In this document: one piece after another, positions 1-11,381 of the stretch
Numbering within the stretch: the stretch's first letter is position 1
Layout of the letters: every line of letters starts with the position of its first letter
Source: Gekko japonicus
Lineage: Eukaryota
Direction of reading: 5' to 3'
Length of the DNA: 63,563 nucleotides
NCBI RefSeq assembly: GCF_001447785.1
Contig: NW_015173718.1
Coordinates: 178,539 to 242,101 of the forward strand
Program-made: the position numbers and the translations under genes
The notes under the pieces: generated by a model
The model's database searches: none
What the model saw: the letters and a program-made list of their open reading frames with translations, nothing else
What the model was told of the DNA's origin: nothing

Positions 1-542
1 CACAGGAGGTGGCGGTGGCTACAAGCATGGACGGCTTCAAGAGGGAATTAGATAAGCATATGGAGCAGAGGTCCATCAGTGGCTATTAGCCACAAGGTAT
101 AGATAGGAACTCTCGGTCTGGGGCAAGAGCTGCTCTGTATTCTTGGTGCTTGGGGGNNNNNNNNNNNNNNNNNNNNNNNNNNNNNNNNNNNNNNNNNNNN
201 NNNNNNNNNNNNNNNNNNNNNNNNNNNNNNNNNNNNNNNNNNNNNNNNNNNNNNNNNNNNNNNNNNNNNNNNNATTTGGCTTCTCTTACGTTCTTATGAT
301 CCCTGTATTACAGACTGTGGAACAAGGCTAGGAAGCCCACCGGGTGAACTTGGTCTGGTCACAAACCATCAGCTGAGCTCAACTCACAGGGCTGTTGCGA
401 GGATAAAATGGAGGAGAGGAGAATGATGTCAGCTGTTTTGGGGGTCCCCACTGGGGGAAAAGGAGGGATATAAATGAAGTACATAAATAAATATCACAAG
501 GAAGGGACTACAGCCGAGAAGACCCTGCACTATTGTCAGGAA

Positions 543-744
543 GGGTCCCTGGGCTCTATGTACGATTTGATTCCCCAACCTGACCACTTACCTTTTGCCC
601 TGGAATCCCAGGTATCCCAGGGGCACCTCTCTCTCCCTGGGACGGGTCCCTGGGCTCTATGTACGATTTGATTCCCCAACCTGACCACTTACCTTTTGCC
701 CTGGAATCCCAGGTATCCCAGGGGCACCTCTCTCTCCCTGGGAC
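543..744. repeat. Exact 101-bp tandem duplication
   Basis: 543-643 is identical to 644-744. Confidence 0.9.
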
Positions 745-818
745 CCTGGAATCCCTGGGTTGCCGCGGATACCCTGGATGCCTTGTGCCCCCGGAGGTCC
801 CGGTGCCCCAGGCTCGCC
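693..818 (-). CDS. Isolated collagen triple-helix exon (14 Gly-X-Y triplets); parent gene not identified
   Basis: ttttctcccactag|GGC...AAG|gtaagt. 126 nt, phase 0/0, translating to [42 protein letters not shown]. The collagen character is clear; whether it is expressed is unknown. Confidence 0.7.
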
Positions 819-1359
819 CTAGTGGGAGAAAACCATAATTTTCAGGAACGACATAAGTAAAAGTGTTACAAGCAGAAATATATTCCATCTCTATACCATC
901 ATCTCTCTCCTATCTCATTTTAACTGGAGATAATTAGAGATGATCCAGGATTCTGTGCCAACGAGGATCCAATGCTAAAGTTTTGTGTTCTCTTTGCAAT
1001 CAGGACGGCCTTTTTCCGACTCAGGTAACACAATTTGATAGATAGATCCAGATGGTCAGCCGCATTGGTCTGAAGCAGTAGAACAAATTTAGAATACAGT
1101 GGTCTTAAAGGTGCCACTGGATTCATACTTTGTTTTGTTAACCACAGTTAGTCTTAAATACGGTTCTGCATTCTGTACAAACATGGACATCGTAGCTTAC
1201 TCCTGGCTAGGGACATATGAACACCTGCCAGTTTGGCTCATGCTCTGTTCACTGATCACAAGCAGGGACGATTTTTCGAGGACTGGTTCAGTAAGTCATC
1301 AATCTGTTTGCCGGTATTCAACATGTTGCTTCACTGTATTTATTCCTAGCCATGCATTG

Positions 1360-1856
1360 CGACTGAGGGGTGACATGATTGAGGTTTATAAGATTATGCA
1401 TGGGAAAGAGCAGGTAGAGAAAGAGGTACTTTTCTCCCTTTCTCACAATACAAGAACTCGTGGGCACTCCATGAAACTGCAGAGCGGTCGGGTTAGAACG
1501 GATAAAAGGAAGTACTTCTTCACCCAAAGAGTGATTAACACTTGGAATTCACTGCCACAGGAGGTGGTGGCGGCTACAAGCATGGACGGCTTCAAAAGGG
1601 AATTAGATAAGCATATGGAGCAGAGGTCCATCAGTGGCTATTAGCCACAAGGTATAGATAGCGGCTCTGGGGCAAGTGATGCTCTGTCTTCTTGGTGCTT
1701 GGGGGGGGGGCAACAGTGGGAGGGCTTCTAATGTCCTGGCCCCACTGGTGGACCTCCTGATGGCACCTGGTATTTCTGGCCACTGTGTGACACAGAGTGT
1801 TGGACTGGATGGGCTTTTGGCCTGATCCAACATTGGCTTCTGTTATGTTCTTATGT
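1360..1856 (+). mobile_element. CR1 LINE 3' fragment
   Basis: ORF2 C-terminus RLRGDMIEVYKIM...TRGHSMKL...RKYFFTQRVINTWNSLP followed by a 3' UTR ending in ttcttatg repeats. Related pieces at about 1-156, 3570-4020, 4575-4963 and 63118-63495 (+), and 33200-33590, 46624-46850, 49238-49570 and 58258-58660 (-). Confidence 0.9.
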
Positions 1857-2246
1857 TAACGTCTGAACCGTAATATGATTCCGAATAAACTGCAAAGAAA
1901 ACTGCACATTATCCTCAATAATGTTCCCTGGACTATGAGAAAAGACAGATGCCATGCCTAGATGCTTCATGTGTGAGGAAAACAGATGCACCTATTAGAA
2001 AGTTTATTTATATACAGCCATAGGGAGCCATCTACACATCCCAAAGGCAATACAAGTGACTGAAACAACTGGGGCAGTCTACTGCAAAGGCTGACAGGAC
2101 CCAGTCAGCAAACAAGGAACTCTACTGAACCTTTTGAAGGAACATTAGCACCTCAGCAGAGGTCAGCTTGGAGCAGAATCACAGAAAAGCAAGTGTGAAT
2201 AATTCAAAGACAGTTGGGGAAAACATAGCATGCCATTAAGTATTAC

Positions 2247-2375
2247 CTTTTTACTCCTTGAAAGCCTGAGCCGTGTGACTGTCCCAAACTGTCCAAAATA
2301 TTCTTTGAGCTGCGGCTCATGAAGGCCCCGAGGGATATGGCCCACGTAGATGACGCCCGGCGTCAGCTTCTCATC
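2247..2375 (-). CDS. NIFK: NIFK (MKI67 FHA domain-interacting nucleolar protein) exon 2, N-terminal half of the RRM
   Basis: tctcacag|[43 protein letters not shown]|gtaata. 129 nt. Matches the NIFK motif LTPGV.Y..H.P...QFGTVTR.RLSRSK. Exon 3 not found in the window. Confidence 0.9.
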
Positions 2376-2794
2376 CTGTGAGACAAAGGGAGGAAAACAC
2401 CAACCATTTTGTCATCCCAAATGTTATTTAGCAATTTCAGGGGTGCTGCACACATCTGATGATCACAGGAAATGGATTTCAGGGCACAGATGTGGTGGGG
2501 AACAAGCAACACCTGATCTGGCATGCTGCCAGTCAGAAAGGCAACTCACAACTGCAGTAAATATAAAGAGTTAACGAGTAGATCTATGAGACTTGCTGCC
2601 TACGGTTAATTACATCACAAAGGGGTTTTTTTAAGTTTCCCATATTCCTCCTCTTCTCATGGAAATGAGCCAGAGCACTATTAGGAACCTATATGAAAAC
2701 TGCAGCCCCCAGAAAAACCCTACTTATTATGAATTTAGATAGCTCTTCACAACTATAAGCTGCCTCAGTTGTTTTCAAACCCTGTCAGCGGGGG

Positions 2795-3372
2795 AGATGT
2801 AAAGTTCATTGTACACACTCCAACTTAAAAAAAACGGAAATTTTCGGAAAAATTGAAAAAAATGCTACATTAGCATTTCTTTTGTCTTTTCTAGATTGAA
2901 AGTCATTCTGTTACTTTAGGAACATAAAAAATGACTATGGACATTTTTACTTGGCATGAAATTATCACAACTAGCATATTAAAAATATAGTGTACCCAAA
3001 CAATTATTACAAACAGAATACCCACCCACATGCAAAAACAAAACTGAAACCTTTTGATTTTCTTCTGACAATCGCACCTCCTAAAGGAAGAAATGCATCT
3101 TGTTCTTGCATTGGAGAGTTCAGTTTGTAACCTAGGACTTGCTTGTCCTCAGTGCACAGAAATTAGATCAATCTGATACCATTATATATTTTAGAAATGA
3201 TTTGGAAAATATTTGAACACCTTGTCTTAAAATATTTTATTTATCATGTTAAAATAAAACATTCCATAATCAATTTCTTTTCTTTTCTTTATCCAAATTT
3301 TTGGAAAAAACCAAAAAAGCTTCAGGGAAAAAAATGGAAAAAAAACGGGTTTTTTCCGGGCCTTCACATCTC
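2795..3372. mobile_element. Non-autonomous DNA transposon (hAT-like), AT-rich
   Basis: Inverted ends gagatgtaaag...cttcacatctct with subterminal ggaaa/ttttcc motifs. Confidence 0.5.
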
Positions 3373-5437
3373 TAGTGGCAGTGCACGGGAGCTGTGTTGC
3401 TGGGGCAGTGTCCCCTGGTCACATTTGCAGATTGGAGTCATAGGGATGGGGCTAATCACTTCTCCCACCTCCCTCCAAGAAGCACTTAGCTGGACTGATG
3501 GATCCCACACCAGCAAAAGGGAGTTAGGGTGTTGGAGTGCCTTCCCTATGAGGAAAGGCTAAGACTCTGGGACTTGATAAAAGCTTATAAAATTATGGAT
3601 GGGGTGGAGAGAGTTGACAAAGATGCATTTATCTCCCAAAATACTAGCACTCGAGGGCATCCAATGAAGCTGATGGGCAGTAGGTAGAGGACGGACAAAA
3701 GGAAATACTACTTTACACAGGGTGATTAAAAGGTGGAATTGACTGCTAGAGGATGTAGTGATGGCCACAAGAATAAACAGCTTTAAAAGGGGATTAGATA
3801 AATTCATGGAGAATAAGCCTATCAATGGCAACTTGCCATGGTGGCTGAGAGGGACCCCCACATTCAGAGGCACTAAGCCTCTGAATCCCAGAGCCAGGAG
3901 GCAACCTTGAAGGAAGGCCTCGGGCTCTCTGCCCTGTTGCTAGCCATCCAGAGGAAATGGCTGGCCACTGTGTGAGGCAGAATAGACTATTGGTCTGATC
4001 CAGCAGGGCTCCTATGCTCTCAAAAAGGAGGCCTTCCCCCCACCTGGCCTGCATCCCAGTTAGGTGTTAAACAAGCAGGGAATTTACATTTCTATCAATA
4101 AAGCAACTGTTTAAACTCCCCCCCCCAAATTTCCATCACTTACACTGAAAATTTAAACGTTAACAAGTTCACAGTTCACGTTGTAGTACCGAATCCATAT
4201 TGCAAAGTATCACCAACTTTGCCACTGATTTTTATTAACAAAAATTACCATGTTAACATTGCCAATTTTGTTCACAGGTGATTAACAGTGAGGCCAGCAT
4301 GGGAGAACATGCATCTATTTATCATTTAAATTTATAGACCACCCTACCCCTGAATACACACAGATGAGGGCAGTGAACAACATAACGACAAAACAATCTA
4401 GCCGCACAGATGACCCTGGAACGCATTTACAGTCTTCTGCCAGTTTTCTAAGCCTCAGAAAAAAATCACTCTCTCTCAAAATGGAAGCCCCCTCTGTCAA
4501 GGAACCAACCAAGGACAGGTCAAGCAATAAGAAAAGGCCTTGATCTGCTCTTGTAGGGAGCTCTCATGAGTATAGACAGGCACTCTCAGTCTGGGGCAAG
4601 TGATGCTCTGTCTTCTTGGTGCTTGGGGGGGGCAACAGTGGGAGGGCTTCTAGTGTCCTGGCCCTGCTGCTGGACCTCCTGATGGCACCTGGTATTTCTG
4701 GCCACTGTGTGACACAGAGTGTTGGACTGGATGGGCCTTTGGCCTGATCCAACATTGGCTTCCCTTATGTCCTTATATGATGTGATGCTCTGTATTCTTG
4801 GTGCTTGTATGTGGGGGTCAACAGTGGGAGGGCTTCTAGTGTCCTGGCCCCACTGCTGGACCACCTGGTATTTTTGGCCACCGCGTGACAGAGTGTTGGA
4901 CTGGATGGGCCTTTGGCCTGATCCAACATTGGCCTCTCTTATGTTCTTACGTTACGTTCTTATGTGTAGCTTTGTAACTCCAAGCGTGTTGATGGCCACG
5001 TGCAACCGAGGAAGGCGGTCTGACTTCGGGGGGGGGGGGGGGGGGGGTTTCCCGTGAAATTACAAAAAGAACCCTTCCCTACATTAATTCAACGCGGCTA
5101 ACAGAATACTGTAGTGCTGAGAGAGATACAAACATGCCATTAACTTCAGAGGGTTTTTTTGGGGGGAGGGGGAGTTCAATCCATGAAAGAAGAACCCAGG
5201 TGTACAACCACCACCCCCGTCGCCTGAAGTGGAACAGGCCATTCCGCTGGCACAGTTCCGCGGCAGACCTCCACCTCGCGCGGTTTAGAACGCGATGACG
5301 CAGACTACATAGCGACCTTCGCTGCCGCCCGGCGGTTGCCAAGGAAACAGGAGCCTGACATGGGGGGGGGAGGAAAAATCCCTTTACCACGCGGCAGCTT
5401 CTATTTCCATGTCGCCCGGAAGGATCCCCCCCCTCAC

Positions 5438-5566
5438 CTTTTTGGCTGCTGTCTTCCTGACTCGCTGCACCTTCGCCTGAAACTCTTGCTGCCGCTCCGG
5501 GTCCAAAGAAAGAAGAGACGCCGCTGCTGTCGTTGGAGTAGAAGCTACCTCGACCGTCGACGCCAT
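5438..5566 (-). CDS. NIFK: NIFK exon 1
   Basis: ATG at 5566; MASTVEVASTPTTAAASLLSLDPERQQEFQAKVQRVRKTAAKK|gtgagg. 129 nt, phase 0. Carries the NIFK N-terminal LSL.P....EFQ..V motif, in a CpG-rich context. Confidence 0.87.
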
Positions 5567-5569
5567 CGT

Positions 5570-5700
5570 GGTTCAGGAACAAACGGAATACCGAGGCCAT
5601 ATGCGGACGCGCATGCGCAAACCGGTAACCTTCTCTATCTCTACACGGAACTATTTCTATTACTTCCGCTTTGCCTTTGCTTCCTATAGATCGAAGCAGT
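5570..5700 (-). promoter_or_regulatory. NIFK proximal promoter
   Basis: NRF1 palindrome GCGCATGCGC at 5609-5618 and an ETS-type ACTTCCG near 5662, just upstream of the NIFK ATG. Confidence 0.6.
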
Positions 5701-6057
5701 GCAGAGCCAGAAGAAAGGAACTGCAGCGGCCCCTGCTGGTGGAATGATGAAAGAGCAGGCAAGGGAAAAACAAGATTCGAGTCCATCGGCACTTTTAAAC
5801 GCCAACAAGATTTCTGAAGAAGTGTGCATACCCAGACTTAAACTTAGTTGGTCTTATTAAAGGTGCCACTGGCCTCAAACTTTATACTTGTTTGTAACAC
5901 TGATTGCGGTATGTGTAATGCCTTTCCAGTGCTCCTTAAGTTCTGCATCCCAATAGTCATTGATTTTAGCATCATTCAATGATGGGCCAGAAAGTCAGAG
6001 GGGGGATTTTCGTCTTCGTCTGGCACTCTTACCACAATACACGCTGAACAACGTCTG

Positions 6058-6242
6058 GGTCCAGTGGCACCTTTAAGGCCAACTAAGTTTAATTTCGGGT
6101 ATAAGCTTTCGTGTGCATCTTAAGATGTGTGTATGGACACGAAAGCTTATACCCAGAATTAAACTTTGTTGGTCTTGAAGGTGCCATTGGACTCAAACTT
6201 TGTTCTGCTGCTTCTGACCAAACCGGCTACCCACCTGAATCC
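6058..6242. mobile_element. Palindromic Penelope-like terminal-repeat-derived element
   Basis: Inverted arms ccagtggcacctttaaggccaac...ataagctttcgtgt / acacgaaagcttat...gttggtcttgaaggtgccattgg around catcttaagatg. A deleted relative lies at about 5775-5885. Confidence 0.7.
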
Positions 6243-6849
6243 ACAATACACACAGTCTCTCTATACGAGTGGATGAGAAACTTCTCTAGCATTTATGCTT
6301 TAGAGATCATTGACAGAATTGTGGCTGAATTGCGGACATGTCACGTGTGCAAGATTGGTCATCCGTCTAAGGTTCCCAAACTTATTTGGCCTATGGCCAA
6401 AAGGCTACTTTAGATAGGTTATGGACGTCACATCATTCCAGACGGGCAGCTGTGTAAGTCCGTAGAAGCAAAACAGAAATCCAAGGGGCACCTGAAGGAC
6501 TAAGAAAACTGAGCCACAGCTCTCGTTATCGGTTGCCCTGCCGTGTACAGCCATCTCAGGACGCTTTTTATACACGACCAAAAGGAGGTCGGGGGGAATG
6601 TTACAGAGCTGTTGCAAAATCAAGTCTGTGGTCCTATGCAGTTAAAAGCCAGTCGAGTCCGACTCTAGGGTTGCGGTGCTCATCTCCGTTTCGAAGCCGA
6701 AGAGCCAGCGTTGTCCGAAGACGTTTCCGTGGTCATGTGGCCGGCATGACTAAACGCCAAAGCGCACGGAGTTAGATAGGAGTAAATCCCATTGAACTCA
6801 TTGGGGCGTACTGACTGAGCCAAGCATGCATGCCATGTGTCTGAGTACA

Positions 6850-7400
6850 GCGCCCGGATTGGCTTCCGCGTCCCACGTGCATGAGATCGCCCCGCCCCTT
6901 TCTGCAGACTGCAACCAAACTTGCTTTCCTTCTCACCGCCCTTCGGCAGGGTCAGGTTGAGGAACCGAAAAGCCCAAGCGGCGTGAAGGAGAAGCCTAAC
7001 TCCGCCTCGCCCTCGGCGATTGGCTCTTTCCTTCCCTCTCGGCCGTGATAGGCGCATCCGACAAACAGCGTCTTGCCCCATTGGCTAGGGAAGGGAGAGC
7101 GCCAATAGCAGCGTAGGGTGAGCGAACGGTCCGGGCTGTGAGCGAGTCGGGCGCGGGGAGCTTTTGTTGGCGCCGGCGAAGGAGGCGGGGAAGGGGCGAA
7201 GCGAAGCTGGCCATGAGCGGCGGCGTGTACGGAGGAGGTGCGTGCGGGTCTCCCGGCGGACTTTGAAAATCTGCCTGTACCTTTAAGGCTGGGAGGGAGG
7301 GGGAATTCTGGCCGCTGCAGCTTCTCCCTTCGCGGCCGAGGGGAAAAGCCTCGCTGAGAATGCAGGAGTCGGGGGGCTGGCGGGACTCTTTGCTTGGCAA
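6850..7400 (+). promoter_or_regulatory. ACTL6A CpG-island promoter and 5' UTR
   Basis: CpG-dense region with several CCAAT boxes (ATTGG near 6858, 7019 and 7080; CCAAT near 7102), an E-box CACGTG near 6874 and a GC box near 6890. Strong Kozak context gccATG at 7213. Confidence 0.7.
7213..7237 (+). CDS. ACTL6A: ACTL6A exon 1 (coding part)
   Basis: ATG AGC GGC GGC GTG TAC GGA GGA G|gtgcgt = MSGGVYGG. Confidence 0.93.
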
Positions 7401-7692
7401 AGTGGCTTCTGCAATCTGAAGCCGCTTGGCTTTGCCTTTTCATTTCCTTCATATGTACTCCGCCTCCCCCCCCCATGGGAACTCGGAGCGGGTAGCAGCA
7501 TTCTCCCCATGCCCATGTTATTTTCACAACAGCCTTGCAGGGTAGGTCAGGCTCCGTGCCCATGTTATTTTCACAACAGCCCTGCGGGGTAGGTCAGGCT
7601 GGGGGAGTGCGAGTGGCCCACTGTCGCTACTGGTCGAGATGCCAACCTCCAGGTGGGACCTGGGGATCCCCTGGAATCACAGCTCATTTCCA

Positions 7693-7916
7693 AGAGGGGT
7701 CGCCGTATTAGTCTGTCTGTAGCGGTAGAAAAGAGCCGGAGTCCAGTGGCACCTTAAAGACTAACAAAACATATGGAAGGGGTATGAGCTTTGGTGCGTC
7801 ACCGCTCACTTCTTCAGATACCTGAGAAAGTATCTGAAGAAGTGAGTGGCGACTCCTATCCTGCCACATATTTTGTCAGTCTTTAAAATGCTACTGGACT
7901 CTTGCTCTTTTCTAGG
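7693..7916. mobile_element. Fold-back Penelope-derived element with degenerate hammerhead cores
   Basis: Inverted arms centred near 7825. 11-bp target duplication gctcatttcca at 7682-7692 and 7917-7927. Inserted in an older element spanning about 7635-8115. Confidence 0.75.
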
Positions 7917-8504
7917 GCTCATTTCCAGACTGTGGAGGTCAGCTCCCCTGTAGACTAATGGCTGCTTTGGAGGGTGGACTCTATGGGACTGTACCCCACT
8001 GAGGCCCCCGTCCTCCGCAAGCTTCATCCCCAAATCTCCAAGAGTTTCCCCACCTAGATCTTGCAGCCTTACCCCATCTCCTGTCAGTGGCTGGGGGGAT
8101 GGGCGACCTGGTAACCTGACAAGTCTCCTGACAAGCTTCTTCAGCAGAGTTGGGATTGAAGCCTGGGTATCCTCAGTCGTTGGCTGAAACTCTAACTGCT
8201 GCACCACACTAGCTGGTACGCAGCTGCTAAGAGGGGGAAAGCTTTCCCACTAGGCTGTACATTGTGTTCCCCAAATTAAAGAATAAAATCCGCACCAGAG
8301 TGGAAACCCAAGAGGGCAGCCTGTGTGCAACTGCAGGTGCTGTGGCTGTTCCTGATGCTCACACCTTTTTGCTACCCAGCAACACCATTTGAATGTGGTA
8401 TCAGGCCCCCACGGACTGCAACCGTATCACAATCGGGAGGTGGGGGTGGGTGGGAAGCAACTGGAGAAAGGGAACTGAGCCACACATTGTAGGTTAGTAA
8501 ATGT

Positions 8505-8790
8505 AGAAGAAGAAGAGGAGGAGATTGAATGTATACCCCGCCCTTCACTACCTGAAGGAGTCTCAGAGTGCCTTACAAACTCCTTTCCCTTCCCCTCCCC
8601 ACAACAGACACCCTGTGAGGCTGGTGGGGCTGAGAGAGCTCTGAAAGAAACTGCTCTTTTTCAAGAACAGCTCTTATCAGAACTACGGCTTGCCCAAGGT
8701 CATCTAGCCAGGTGCAAGTGGAGGAGTGGGGAATCGAACCCGGTTCTCCCGGATTAGAGTCCGCACACTTAACCACTACACCGCGCACTT
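8505..8790 (-). mobile_element. Squam3-like tRNA-derived SINE
   Basis: Reverse complement of the gtgtagtggttaag...ggttcgattcccc head with a (CTT)n tail. Other minus-strand copies at about 10707-10994, 44691-44930, 57750-58027 and 62720-62990. Confidence 0.85.
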
Positions 8791-9369
8791 AAGCACTACA
8801 CAGCCAGTGAATTACGCCTGGTGTTGGAAAATCACAAGTGCTTTTGAGTTATCATTGCGCATGCATACGCAGGACGAGAGGGGCGCGACCCAGATGTGAG
8901 GATGTGCACAGATGCTGGCCCTGACCCCTGGTACTTGTTGACCCTGTGCTCTCTTTTGCAACTGACCAGACGGGCAGGTGCTGGACTTAGGTTCCGTAGC
9001 CTGGGTTGACGAAGAGTCAGCCTGGTTGGTGGGAGGCAGGAATGGAAGATTTGCCGGGTTAGAGGGGTCTTGCTTGCTTGTCCCTGTGATGTCATGCTAG
9101 TTTGCTTTGGATCCATCCTGGCACAAGTTTCAGCACTGAGGACTGAAGCCAGGGTGTTCTGTTTGCATCAGAGGTGCTGTACCTTAGATCTCTGGGACCT
9201 CCCTACCTTGGGGAATTCGTACATTTGATAGCCATTTTTGTAGGGTAGGGGGAAATGTTCAGAATCAGCTTGGATTTAACGGCATGTTTACTGCACAGTC
9301 CTGCATATGGTGATTTTGTCGTGAGTTCCTCCGAATCTCATGGTCCCTGTAGTAGAATTGTAGTAGAAG

Positions 9370-10041
9370 GGACCATATTCAGCCTGCGCTGAAAGCGCTG
9401 CACTGGTTGCCAATAGCGTACCAGATCCGCTTCAAAGTGCTGGTTCTTACCTATAAAGCCCTATATGGTCTGGGTCCAACCTACCTGAGGGACCGCCTTT
9501 CCCCGTATATTCCCCCAAGAGCACTACGGTCTGGGGCCCAAAATTTGTTAACCATCCCGGGCCCCAGGGATGTAAAATTGGCCGCCACAAGGGCCAGGGC
9601 TTTTTCGGTGGCGGCCCCTACCTGGTGGAATGAGCTCCCGGGGGAGATCCGGGCCCTGCGGGATCTGATGCAGTTCCGCAGGGCCTGCAAGACGGAGCTC
9701 TTCCACCAGGCTTTCGAGTAGGGGCCGCCCCCCCCATTACGTTACCATCTTGGGGGGGGGGGGTTGGAAGAGGCCCTGAGAAGAGCCCCTGGAAAGGACT
9801 ATTAGAACATCCGAACAGCGATGCTATAGACTGCCTGTCACGAACTGTCTTTGGAACTGTCCCGCCATCTTGGGTTTAGAGTTCTGACTATCACTGAGCA
9901 CTTTATGTGATTTAGGACTGGGTTTCTTTTAACTTGTATAGTATGTTTTTAAATTATGGGTATATTGTTGTTTTATTGTAGCAAGTTTATCTTGCCTTGT
10001 GAGCCACCCTGAGCCCTACGGGGGAGGGCGGGGTAAAAAAT
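9370..10041 (+). mobile_element. L2 LINE 3' fragment
   Basis: LHWLPIAYQIRFKVLVLTYKAL...RAFSVAAPTWWNELP...FRRACKTELF (L2 ORF2 C-terminus) with a (TAAA)n tail. Relatives at about 18760-19250 (+), 10141-10525, 16600-16760 and 25735-26240 (-). Confidence 0.88.
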
Positions 10042-10601
10042 TTGATAAATAAATAAATAAATGTCCAATTCTGTCATTCTTGCCTGCCTTTCGTTCCTCC
10101 CCAACCTTCTGATTCTGCAGCGGTGCTGAAGATCCCAGGCTTTTATTTATTTATTTAGTTAATTATATTTATACCCCGCCCGTTCTGCGAACAGGCTCAG
10201 GGCGACTAACAAGAGCGGTACAATGTACCTAATTGGCATAACCATAAAAATTTAAAACTGCATAAAATACATACACATTCATATTACATAAAAATAACAG
10301 TTAGCGATAAAGTGCTCGCAGTGCTAAAAGATTAGATGGCGTGCTTGTCAGATCTAAATCCACATCGTCTATCCGGTCATCATCCCTCAAGCCGATAGAG
10401 GCCTAGCGATGCATCTGGGCCAGTCCTAGGTTCCAGAAGTTCAATGGAAACATTGATGGTAACAGTAATGGTGGCTCCTATTTAAAGGCCTGGCGGAAGA
10501 GCTCCGTCTCGCAGGCCCTGAGTTAACAGACACCTTGTCTCGTGGATTTTATCATTTGTTCTGAAGCGACACTCCCTGTAAATTTTTCTCTGTGTGTGCA
10601 G

Positions 10602-10678
10602 ATGAAGTCGGTGCTCTGGTGTTTGATATTGGCTCCTATACTGTTCGGGCTGGCTATGCCGGGGAGGACTGTCCAAAG
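10602..10678 (+). CDS. ACTL6A: ACTL6A exon 2
   Basis: tgcag|(D)[25 protein letters not shown]|gtaaga. Confidence 0.96.
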
Positions 10679-11381
10679 GTAAGAATGAGTCCTGAGATAT
10701 TGCATTAAGAAGAAGAAGAAGAGATTGGATTTATACCCCGCCCTTCACTACCCAAAGGTGTCTCAGAGCGGCTTACAAACTCCTTTCCCTTCCCCTCCCC
10801 ACAACAGACACCCTGTGAGGTAGGTGGGGCTGAGAGAGCTCTTGACAGAGACTGCTCTTTTTCAAGAACAGCTTGTTATCAGAGCTGCAGTTTGCCCAAG
10901 ATCATACAGCCAGGTGCAAGTGGAGGAGTGGGGAATCAAACCTGGTTCTCCCAGATTAGAGTCTGTGCACTTAACCACTACACCAAACTGGCTTAAGAAG
11001 ACTTTCTGCTCAGAAAGCTCCTTGAAACATTCCCCTTAGCATCTCGTTCACCGGCTGCTCTCCTGGCAGCTGATTCCCATCCTATGAAGTGATGAAAAAG
11101 GAAGGCTCGCAAAAAAACCCTACAGAGTTCGCTGCCCAAAACTCCCAGGGCTGAAATCGTTTGTCCGAAAAAGCACTGACGGAAGTGTGTCTGCTGGGTG
11201 GGTTGGGAACAGAAGAGGGGGCGGGGCAAGCTCAATTCAATTTGCATAGCCCTGTCTTTGGAGAGTGTGGGAGGAATAGCCCTCACCAGGATGTCCTTCT
11301 TCGCCACTGGGGACTTAGATGCTGCAGAGCAGATGCACGTTGTCTGACTTTGTATTCTCCCTTCCGCGTTTTCCGGTCTAG

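Noticed and set aside
5079-5792. 237-aa minus-strand ORF over NIFK exon 1
   Set aside because: An alternative-frame product of a GC-rich island with no recognisable domain. The real coding frame is 5438-5566.
7511-7600. 43-bp near-tandem repeat (a similar 29-bp pair lies at 22581-22659)
   Set aside because: Short local duplications, the first within an old SINE remnant, with no sign of function.
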